NCBI GenBank assembly: GCA_002631715.1
Contig: MRSX01000002.1
Coordinates: 152,478 to 216,477 of the forward strand
DNA: 64,000 bases
Reading direction: 5' to 3'
Source of the DNA: Candidatus Porisulfidus sp. TsSOB
GTDB taxonomy: Bacteria; Pseudomonadota; Gammaproteobacteria; Poriferisulfidales; Poriferisulfidaceae
Positions within the stretch are counted from its first letter, which is position 1, and every line of letters begins with the position of its first letter. The notes beneath the pieces were generated by a model, which worked only from the letters and a program-made list of their open reading frames with translations, did not search any database and was not told the DNA's origin. The translations under genes were made by a program, and so were the position numbers. Positions 50,566-58,511 of the stretch are shown piece by piece.

Positions 50566-51617
50566 CTGCCCGATGATCGGGGGAACGCCACCAAGTGCTC
50601 CAGATCAAGACCTAATTGAGTTTCTTCGCCGACCTCCAGATCCCTGTGGCTTGAAGCCAGCGCCAGCAGTCGGGTGCCGGATGGCAGCCGCAACGTGTAC
50701 AGAGTGTCGTCGCCCTTGAAGGCTTTTTCGATTACTGTGGCGGAAATCTTCCCTTCCGGATCAATCAGCACGTCGTCCGGACGCAGCAAGATGTCCATGC
50801 GTGTTCCCGGGGGATGCGGATAGGTGTGATGTTCGTCTTGAACCCGGCCGATCTCGGTGTCGAAAGCCCCCGCCTCGCGCAAGATACCCTCGATAAAGAC
50901 TCCCCGGCCGACAAGGCTCGCGACCTGTCGGGAGACCGGGCGGTGGTAGATGTTGAACGGCGTGTCCCATTGCAGAATGGCGCCATCTTCGATGATCCCG
51001 ACCTGATCACCCATGACAAAGGCTTCATCCTGGTAGTGCGTTACGACGACCGCCGTGGAGCCGGTTTCCTTGAGGATATTACGGACCTCGAAACTCAGCC
51101 GTTCGCGCAGATCGATGTCGAGGCTGGCGAATGGTTCGTCGAGCAGCAGCAGACGCGGTTGCGGAGCCAGAGCCCGGGCCAACGCCACCCGTTCTTGCTG
51201 CCCGCCGGACAACTCATGCGGAAAGCGGGAAATGCAGTGTTCCAGACCGACGATTTCCAGCAGATTTCGAACAATCCGGTCCTGATCGGTTTTCGGTTCG
51301 CGACGGATTCCGATGGCAATATTCTGCTCCACCGTCAAGTGTGGAAACAATGCGCGGTCCTGGAACACCATGCCGACCGGCCGACGCTCCGGCGGAACGT
51401 TGAACCCAGGTCGGGACATGACCTCACCCGCGATGCGGATCTCTCCTTTCAAGATCGGCTCGAAACCCAGAATGGCGCGCAACGCGGTCGTTTTGCCTCC
51501 GCCGGACGGCCCCAGCAAGGCGGCAATTTCCCCCTGCACGACTTCGAACGAAAAATCGTGCAGCGCCGAACTGTCGCCGTAGGTACAGGAAATTCTCTCT
51601 ACTTCCAGAAGCGCCAT
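50562..51617 (-). CDS. fbpC: Fe(3+) ABC transporter ATP-binding protein (FbpC/AfuC-like, C-terminal TOBE domain)
   Basis: Walker A GPSGGGKTT, LSGGQQERVALARAL signature, 351 aa with a C-terminal extension. Confidence 0.8.
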   Translation of the reverse strand: MALLEVERISCTYGDSSALHDFSFEVVQGEIAALLGPSGGGKTTALRAILGFEPILKGEIRIAGEVMSRPGFNVPPERRPVGMVFQDRALFPHLTVEQNIAIGIRREPKTDQDRIVRNLLEIVGLEHCISRFPHELSGGQQERVALARALAPQPRLLLLDEPFASLDIDLRERLSFEVRNILKETGSTAVVVTHYQDEAFVMGDQVGIIEDGAILQWDTPFNIYHRPVSRQVASLVGRGVFIEGILREAGAFDTEIGRVQDEHHTYPHPPGTRMDILLRPDDVLIDPEGKISATVIEKAFKGDDTLYTLRLPSGTRLLALASSHRDLEVGEETQLGLDLEHLVAFPRSSGS

Positions 51618-51626
51618 AACTTTCCC

Positions 51627-53246
51627 TCAGCGTCGGCCGCGCACAGCCAGAAGAAACACCGGAATCAGACCCGCCGCCACCAGCGCCACCGATGGAAGCG
51701 CAGCCCGTTCCCACAAGCCCTCCGAAGACAGCTCGTAAATCCGGACCGCCAGCGTATCCCAGCCGAATGGGCGCAGAAGCAAAGTCGCCGGCATCTCCTT
51801 CATCACGTCAACCAGAACCAGCAATGCCGCCGTCAGCAGGCCGGGGCGCAGGATTGGGATGTAAATCCGCCACACCAGCGCCACTCCGCTGAAGCCCAAC
51901 GATTGTGCGGCTTCCCGCATGCTGGGACGGACCCGCTCCAGCGCGCTGTCGATCGGGTTGAACGCCAGTGCCAGAAACCGGGCGAAGTAAGCCAGTATAA
52001 GACTGAACACACTGCCAACAAAGAACCATGTCGCCTCGGTTCCGGTCAACCACAGCCATATTTCGGCGACTTGGCGATCGATCCAACCCAACGACCACAT
52101 CACGGCCACCGCCAATACCGAACCCGGGATGGCATAGCCCAAAGTGCCAATGCGCACGCTTGTCCGGGTTAGCCAACTCGTGTCGCGTCGCAGGGCATAA
52201 GCAAGAATCAGGCCTCCCGCCGTGGTTGCCGCAGCCGCCATGGCACCCAAGGCCAAGGTATGGCCCAATAGCGACAGATAGGCAAAATCCAGGTCGCCGA
52301 TCCAGTTCCAAGCCCACAGCAGGAGTTGCGCCATCGGAATGATGAACGCCAGAAGCAGAATCAGGCCGCAGTATGCGCTCGCTGCCGCCGCACGGGGGCC
52401 GTGCAGGCGGTAGGTGCGAAGATTCGGTGCGCTGCCGCTGTCATCGAATCGGGCTCTTCCGCGCCCGTAACGTTCCAGGTACAGCAGCACGAAAACAAAC
52501 GTCAGCAACAGGGATGCCAACTGGCTGGCGGCGTTGAGATCGAAGAAGCCAAACCAGGCCTTGTAGATGGCCGTAGTGAACGTGTCGTAATTGAATACGG
52601 CGACCGCGCCGAAATCGGCCAGCGCTTCCATCACGGCCAGGCTGACGCCCCCGATGATCGCCGGGCGAGCCATCGGCAGGGCCACCCGAAAGAAACTTTC
52701 CCATGCGGTCATGCCCAGCGTACGGGCCGCTTCCAGCGCAACCCGGCCCTGCTTCAGAAATGCCACTCGCGCCAGCAAGTAGACATAGGGATACAGTACC
52801 AGCACCATGACGGCCAAAACGCCGACGGAATGCCGTGCTTCAACGCTCCAGGAGGCCGGCAGACCGAAAGCCTGCCGCAAAAAACCCTGTACCGGCCCCT
52901 GAAAATCAAGCAGCCCGAGAAACACGAACGCCATGACATAAGTCGGCAGGGCAAACGGCAGCATCAGCGCCCAATCGAACCAGCGCCGTCCCGGGAATTC
53001 GCAGGTGCTGACCAGCCAAGCCAGGCTGACCCCAAGAATCAGAGTGCCAATCGCGACGCCGAAAATCAGCAGCAGAGTGTTGCCGATCAGCGTCGGGAGT
53101 ACGGTCGCCGCCAAATGTCCCCAGACCTCGGTGGCCGGGGCCAGCCAAGCTCCGAAAATCACGATCAGCGGGACCAGAATGGCCGCCGCTAGAAACCGGC
53201 TACCCCAATACCAAAAGCGACCGGAAAAGCCGGTAACCAATGTCAT
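51627..53246 (-). CDS. fbpB: Fe(3+) ABC transporter permease, fused two-domain type (FbpB/AfuB-like)
   Basis: 539 aa with a duplicated permease core and two EAA-type loops. Confidence 0.8.
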   Translation of the reverse strand: MTLVTGFSGRFWYWGSRFLAAAILVPLIVIFGAWLAPATEVWGHLAATVLPTLIGNTLLLIFGVAIGTLILGVSLAWLVSTCEFPGRRWFDWALMLPFALPTYVMAFVFLGLLDFQGPVQGFLRQAFGLPASWSVEARHSVGVLAVMVLVLYPYVYLLARVAFLKQGRVALEAARTLGMTAWESFFRVALPMARPAIIGGVSLAVMEALADFGAVAVFNYDTFTTAIYKAWFGFFDLNAASQLASLLLTFVFVLLYLERYGRGRARFDDSGSAPNLRTYRLHGPRAAAASAYCGLILLLAFIIPMAQLLLWAWNWIGDLDFAYLSLLGHTLALGAMAAAATTAGGLILAYALRRDTSWLTRTSVRIGTLGYAIPGSVLAVAVMWSLGWIDRQVAEIWLWLTGTEATWFFVGSVFSLILAYFARFLALAFNPIDSALERVRPSMREAAQSLGFSGVALVWRIYIPILRPGLLTAALLVLVDVMKEMPATLLLRPFGWDTLAVRIYELSSEGLWERAALPSVALVAAGLIPVFLLAVRGRR

Positions 53247-53259
53247 GGCACTGGAAGGC

Positions 53260-54261
53260 TCAGCGATAGCCCGCCCTGTCCATCAGGCGCACGGCTTCCG
53301 CCTGCAGGCGGCCTGCTTCAGCGAGATTCAGCGAATCTCCTTGAAATTCACCCCAAGCCTGGACTTCCGGTGCCGGAGGGATGTCTTTCCGAACCGGGTA
53401 TTCCAAGTTGAGTTCAGCGAACAAGCCTTGGGCCTCGGGCTGTGCCAGCCATTCGAGAAAAGCCTGCGCCTCTTGGGGATGCTTGGAAAGCGCCAGAAGG
53501 CCTCCGCCGGAAATATTGACGTGGACGCCCTGAGAGTCCTGATTCGGCCAGAACAGGGCAAGCTTGAGATCCGGCTCCTTGCGCATCAACCGGCCATAGT
53601 AGTAAGTGTTGACGATGGTGACATCGCACTGCCCCATCGCGACTGCCTGCAGTGCCTTGGTGTCGTTGGAAAAAGGTTCGGCTGCGAGGTTGGCCACCCA
53701 GCCTTTCACGGTCTCTTCGGTTACTTCTTCGCCGTGATGCGCGATCAGGGTCGCGACCAGCGACTGGTTGTAGACTTTTTTGGAAGTGCGCAGGCACAGC
53801 CTCCCCTTCCACTTCGGGTCTGCCAAATCCTCGTAGGAGGAAAGGTCATCGGGAGAGATTTTTTCAGTGTTGTAAGCCAGAGTGCGTGCCCTTTTCGAAA
53901 GTCCGAACCAGCGGTTCTCCGGATCACGCAAAGCGGCCGGAACGGATTGGACTAGTGCTTCGGAATCAACCGGCACCAGCAAACCGCGCTCGGCAGCATG
54001 CCAGAGGTTCCCGGCATCCACCGTCAGGAGGATGTCGGCTCCGCCGTTTTTGCCCGCTGCGGCAAGGCGTTCAAGGATGGGGCCTGGTTTCCCGGTATGG
54101 AGATTGAAACGGACGCCGGTTTGTTTCGTGTAGAGTTCCAGCACCGGCTCGATCAGATGCGCCTTGCGCGAGGAATACAGCGTCAGCGTGATCGGATCGG
54201 CAGCCATCAGGACAGGCTGAACTGCGAGAAATGCCAACAAAGCTAGGGCGAGCTTTTTCAT
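53260..54261 (-). CDS. fbpA: Fe(3+)-binding periplasmic protein (FbpA/AfuA family)
   Basis: Signal peptide, SBP fold with Tyr-rich motifs (TIVNTYYYG). Confidence 0.8.
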   Translation of the reverse strand: MKKLALALLAFLAVQPVLMAADPITLTLYSSRKAHLIEPVLELYTKQTGVRFNLHTGKPGPILERLAAAGKNGGADILLTVDAGNLWHAAERGLLVPVDSEALVQSVPAALRDPENRWFGLSKRARTLAYNTEKISPDDLSSYEDLADPKWKGRLCLRTSKKVYNQSLVATLIAHHGEEVTEETVKGWVANLAAEPFSNDTKALQAVAMGQCDVTIVNTYYYGRLMRKEPDLKLALFWPNQDSQGVHVNISGGGLLALSKHPQEAQAFLEWLAQPEAQGLFAELNLEYPVRKDIPPAPEVQAWGEFQGDSLNLAEAGRLQAEAVRLMDRAGYR

Positions 54262-54275
54262 GCGAGAGAGGCTGT

Positions 54276-54296
54276 TAATGAGAATGACTATTATTA
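54276..54296. promoter_or_regulatory. putative Fur box in the fbpA promoter
   Basis: TAATGAGAATGACTATTATTA matches GATAATGATAATCATTATC at about 12 of 16 core positions, 15-35 nt upstream of the fbpA start in an AT-rich spacer. Confidence 0.4.
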
Positions 54297-54481
54297 TGGT
54301 TTATGTATGCCTGTCAACCTGCCGTGATCGTTGAGCCAATGTGGCGGCATGCAGTTTCGTGGTTTTCATGCTGCCATGCGGCTTGAATCTGCTTGAGAAG
54401 TCTAGGGTGTTTCTGATCGTTGATATAAGCCACAATCAGAGTAGAATGAATAATCCCCTCCATTACAAAAGGAGTAAGGAT

Positions 54482-54853
54482 ATGTCACTGCCCAATATGA
54501 TGAAGGCGAGCATCGACGGCGCCGAACCGGATGTTCATGGGAAGATCTCCAAACAAGTTGTCACACTCGACGAGGTCACAGCTATCAAGGTGACTTTCAA
54601 CCCTGGAGCCAAATGGTCTGAGGATCTCAAGGAATACGCTGGAACGGAATCATGCCTGCTTCCGCATGTCGCATATGTGATCTCCGGCGCAATCGAAATC
54701 CAGATGGATGACGGTTCAAAAGAGACTTTTCGCAAAGGCGACATCATGATGCTGCCCCCGGGACATGACGCTTGGACCGTAGGTGACGAACCTTGCCAGT
54801 TCATCCAGATGTCGCAGGGCGACAACTACTACGCGGATCGCTGCTGCGCATAG
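54482..54853 (+). CDS. cupin-domain protein
   Basis: Strong SD AAAGGAG 8 nt upstream of the ATG at 54482. 123 aa with cupin-like beta motifs (GHDAWTVGDEPCQFIQM). Confidence 0.55.
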   Translation: MSLPNMMKASIDGAEPDVHGKISKQVVTLDEVTAIKVTFNPGAKWSEDLKEYAGTESCLLPHVAYVISGAIEIQMDDGSKETFRKGDIMMLPPGHDAWTVGDEPCQFIQMSQGDNYYADRCCA

Positions 54854-54913
54854 GCCGGCCTGAAGCGGGCTCGGGTCACAGTTGAAATTGGAAGCCATTC
54901 GGCTGCCAATCGT

Positions 54914-56128
54914 CTATGCTTGATTGTCCTCTTCCACGGCTATTTCCAAGCGTTGCAGGAAGTCTGGAATAGCTGAACGAACCCGACGCCAACTCGGAAC
55001 GTACGGGCTTTCCATCGGGTGCGCCAGAAAATCCTCCCCGGCCTTCAGCAAGTTGCTGGCAAATAGCTCCGCTGCCTGCTCTTCCGCATCCCGATCCAAG
55101 TTCAGCCCGTTGGTGACGGCATCGCTCTGGTAGTATTCGATCAGGTCCAGCGCTTCCCGAAGATAGGCAGCCTTGAGGCTGCGGAACACGCCTTCGGAGA
55201 ACACCTCGCCCTCGATCGCCATCTTCCTGAAGACGGCCTTGCAGATGTCTGCGCTCATCTTCGACAGCCCCGACTGCGCATCGGCCTCTCCCATCTGCTG
55301 GTGTTTGTGGTCGTACAGGTCCGCGATGTCGATCTGGCAGATGCGCCGGCTTGAGTACATACGCCGGATCTCGGCGAGCAGGCCGATCTCCAGGCCCCAG
55401 TCGTCCGGCAGGTACAAGTCCTTGAGCACGTGGGTACGCAACGAGCACTCCCCGGCCAGCGGATAGCGGAAACTGTCGAGAAACTCGACGAAATCGTGTG
55501 GCCCGAACACCTTGCTGAGGGCACGCAGCAGCGGTGCCACCAACAGTCGCGCCACCCGCCCCTTCAGTTCCTGCTCGGAAATGCGCGAATAGTAACCTTT
55601 GCAGAACGCGAAACTGAAACTCGGGTTCGCGACCGGATAGATCAACCGCGCCAGCAGGCGGCGATCGTACGTAATGATGTCGCAGTCGTGCAATGCCAGG
55701 GCTTTTGCACGGTCGGATGCCAGCACGTACCCGAAACAGAACCAGACGTTACGCCCCTTTCCTTGCTGGCTCGGCGCCAAACCCCGTGCCTCCAGTTCAT
55801 CCGCCAAGGCCCGCAGCCTGGGACCATCATTCCAAAGCACGTGGTGGGGCTGCGGCAGGCGGGAGAAGAAGTCTCGTGCCCGTTTGAACTGTTCCGCATC
55901 GGCCGCATCCAGACCGATTACGATCTCGTTCAGGTATTCGACCTGCGCCAGTTCTTCGATGATCCGGTCAAGCGCCGGCCCCTCTAGCTCCGAATACAGG
56001 GAAGGCAGCACCAGCCCCAGCGGACGGTCTTGAGAAAATCGAAGCAATTCCGCCTCGAATTCCTCGGTGGGGCGTCCCGCCAGATCGTGCAGCGTGACGA
56101 TCTGTCCATTCTGGAAAAAATCACTCAT
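54914..56128 (-). CDS. glucosyl-3-phosphoglycerate synthase-like glycosyltransferase (MpgS/GpgS family; sugar specificity unresolved)
   Basis: About 405 aa. It resembles the Osmo_MPGsynth-type synthases. The ATG at 56128 overlaps the HAD phosphatase stop. It is co-operonic with pgi and an MPGP-family phosphatase. Confidence 0.5.
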   Translation of the reverse strand: MSDFFQNGQIVTLHDLAGRPTEEFEAELLRFSQDRPLGLVLPSLYSELEGPALDRIIEELAQVEYLNEIVIGLDAADAEQFKRARDFFSRLPQPHHVLWNDGPRLRALADELEARGLAPSQQGKGRNVWFCFGYVLASDRAKALALHDCDIITYDRRLLARLIYPVANPSFSFAFCKGYYSRISEQELKGRVARLLVAPLLRALSKVFGPHDFVEFLDSFRYPLAGECSLRTHVLKDLYLPDDWGLEIGLLAEIRRMYSSRRICQIDIADLYDHKHQQMGEADAQSGLSKMSADICKAVFRKMAIEGEVFSEGVFRSLKAAYLREALDLIEYYQSDAVTNGLNLDRDAEEQAAELFASNLLKAGEDFLAHPMESPYVPSWRRVRSAIPDFLQRLEIAVEEDNQA

Positions 56129-56900
56129 GGCTGCCCTCCAGCAGCGTCTGAACCGCGCGCGACCAAGCCGTCGGTCCGGTCCCCTCCGGGACGCGCGCAC
56201 CAGGATATTGTATGTTGCGCCCGCCAGGGTTGTTGATAACCACCGCGATATCCGCTGCCGACATCATGCCCAGATCGTTCGGCCCGTTGCCAAGTGCCAC
56301 GCTGACTGCTTCCGGATGCCGCTGCCGATAACGCGGCACCAGATGCTCCAGTGCAACCCGTTTGTCGGTTTCCCCCATGACATGCACGAAGCGGTCTCCA
56401 CGCTTGAGGATCAGCCCATGCGGGCGCAGGCTTTCCGCAAATTCGTCGAGGCACCCCGGATCATCACGCCAGACCAGCGGCTCGCTAAAGCGTCTCTCTC
56501 GGGCCGCCGCCACCGAACCGGGCGGCAAGCCGCAGGCAGCCTCCACCTCTTCTTCACTCATGTCGGAAATCCCCTGGAAGCGGAACGAGGCAGACAGTCC
56601 GTCCAAGGCGGCCCGGATCGCCGGATGGGGGGCGCCAAATGGAATCAGCCCTTCCGCCTCGCCGTCGCCGAAAGTCCCGGGCGGCACGTATACCGCGCCC
56701 CCGTTTTCAATCGAAAACGGCGCATGGATCCCGAGTTCCTCCCCCAACTGAAGGGTCTCCTGTTCGGTCTTGCTGGTGTTGAAGATAATCGGCACACCGT
56801 GCCTGCGGGCGCACTCGATTCCGGGCAGTGCCTCCTCCCAGCGATACGTTTCGACGTCGAGCATCGTCCCATCGACGTCGCTGAACAGAAGATAGCGCAT
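56121..56900 (-). CDS. HAD-IIB phosphatase of the mannosyl/glucosyl-3-phosphoglycerate phosphatase (YedP/MpgP) family
   Basis: DVDGTMLD motif I, TSKT motif II. The C-terminal GNGPND with SAADIAVVINNP fits YedP-like proteins. Confidence 0.7.
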   Translation of the reverse strand: MRYLLFSDVDGTMLDVETYRWEEALPGIECARRHGVPIIFNTSKTEQETLQLGEELGIHAPFSIENGGAVYVPPGTFGDGEAEGLIPFGAPHPAIRAALDGLSASFRFQGISDMSEEEVEAACGLPPGSVAAARERRFSEPLVWRDDPGCLDEFAESLRPHGLILKRGDRFVHVMGETDKRVALEHLVPRYRQRHPEAVSVALGNGPNDLGMMSAADIAVVINNPGGRNIQYPGARVPEGTGPTAWSRAVQTLLEGSHE

Positions 56901-58444
56901 TACCGGTGCCGCAGTCGGTCGAGGAGAGCATCCAGGGTGTGCCCGGGAGCCGGCACCGACGAATCTTGCAATGCCTCCGCCAGAGAGCGTGACAGGCGCT
57001 TGCCGTATTCCACCCCGAACTGGTCGAAAGCGTTGATCCCCCAGAACACGGCCACCGAAAATGTTGCATGTTCGAACAGCGCCAATAGCGCCCCGACCCG
57101 TCGCGGGCTCAGATCTTCCATCAGGAACAGCGTGCTTGGCCGGTCTCCGGGGTGCACGTAGTGCCCAGGCGCCACCCCATCGGCTGGCTCCACTTCTTCA
57201 GAAGTCCGCCCTGAAGCCAACAGGTCCAATTGGGACAAGCACTGGGCCAGCAACGCTCGCTCGCGTTCATTTTCCAGGTCACCCCGCGCGATGATCGCGT
57301 CCACCGGCACGACCTGCGACCCTTGGTGCAACAGTTGGAAGAACGCGTGGGCGCCGTCGTTGGCGGAACCGCCCCACACGACCGGCGCCGCAACCTCCTG
57401 CAACTCACCATGTGTATCCGCACGTTTGCCCAGGCTTTCCATCTGCAACTGCTGCAGGAACCTTGGCAGCGTACGCAAGCCTTGATTGTACGGAAGAACC
57501 GCCCGCGTCGCCGCGCCCAGGAACGTGTGGTTCCAGAGCATCAGCAGCGCCAACAGCAAGGGGGCGTTGGATTCCGCCTCCGCTTCCCTGAAATGTTCAT
57601 CCATCGCATGGGCGCCTGCAAGCAATTCTTCAAATGCACCCCAGCCAGCATGCAACACGACCGGCAAGCCGACCGTCGACCAGACCGAATAGCGACCGCC
57701 AACCCCTTCCCAGAATGGGAAGATCCGCTGCGCGTCGATGCCGCTCTCCTGCGCGCGGTCGGTGGCAGCCGTGGTGGCCGCAAAATGCTCCATCACCTCC
57801 CCGGATCCCACTCCTTGTTCCACGAGCCATTGTTTGACCGCCGAAAAATTCCGCTGGGTCTCTTCGGTAGTAAATGTCTTGGAAGCGACGATGAAAAAGG
57901 TCTGGTTCGCATCGCAGCCATGCAACGCGGCATTCAGCTCCTCAGGGTCCAGCGTGGATACGAAGCGGACATCCGGTGCGCCGGATGCGCGGGGAAACGT
58001 CTCGCACAGCATGCGCGGACCCAAGTCCGAACCACCGATCCCGAGGTTGATGACCGTCTGCCAGCGTGTAGCGCAAGTCTCCGCAAATTCACGCATCCGC
58101 TGGTGCTGCCGATGCACTTCCGACAGAATATCGACTCCTTCCACGACCAGGCCTTCCGGGCGCGGGTCGCGCAGTGCCGGGTGCAATGCCGGACGATTCT
58201 CCGTTTCGTTCACCGGCATGCCGGCAAACAGGTCGGAACGGGCCGGCTCCACCTGCTCCGCCACGCGCAACAGGTCCGCCCAGGCCGCAGCATCCAACCG
58301 CTGGCGCGAAGCATCCACGTAGATACCCTCGATATTGCGGCACAGGAAGGAACGTTCCCGGTCTTCCGCAAACAGGGTTCGCAGCGGAATTTTCCGCAGG
58401 CGTTCCGCGTGATGGAAAAGGGATTCCGGGTAGGGTTCAGGCAT
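56900..58444 (-). CDS. pgi: glucose-6-phosphate isomerase
   Basis: PGI motifs GGRYSVWSTVG and the second PGI signature; 514 aa. Its stop overlaps the downstream HAD gene start. Confidence 0.85.
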   Translation of the reverse strand: MPEPYPESLFHHAERLRKIPLRTLFAEDRERSFLCRNIEGIYVDASRQRLDAAAWADLLRVAEQVEPARSDLFAGMPVNETENRPALHPALRDPRPEGLVVEGVDILSEVHRQHQRMREFAETCATRWQTVINLGIGGSDLGPRMLCETFPRASGAPDVRFVSTLDPEELNAALHGCDANQTFFIVASKTFTTEETQRNFSAVKQWLVEQGVGSGEVMEHFAATTAATDRAQESGIDAQRIFPFWEGVGGRYSVWSTVGLPVVLHAGWGAFEELLAGAHAMDEHFREAEAESNAPLLLALLMLWNHTFLGAATRAVLPYNQGLRTLPRFLQQLQMESLGKRADTHGELQEVAAPVVWGGSANDGAHAFFQLLHQGSQVVPVDAIIARGDLENERERALLAQCLSQLDLLASGRTSEEVEPADGVAPGHYVHPGDRPSTLFLMEDLSPRRVGALLALFEHATFSVAVFWGINAFDQFGVEYGKRLSRSLAEALQDSSVPAPGHTLDALLDRLRHR

Positions 58445-58511
58445 GCTGAAAAGTCTGTGTTTGGGGTGCGCCTAGTATAATGGGCGGCTCAAACGCCACC
58501 GCCTTTTCTTT

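Noticed and set aside
50814-52172. 452-aa ORF on the plus strand
   Set aside because: Antisense to fbpC/fbpB.
57230-58480. 416-aa ORF on the plus strand
   Set aside because: Antisense to pgi.
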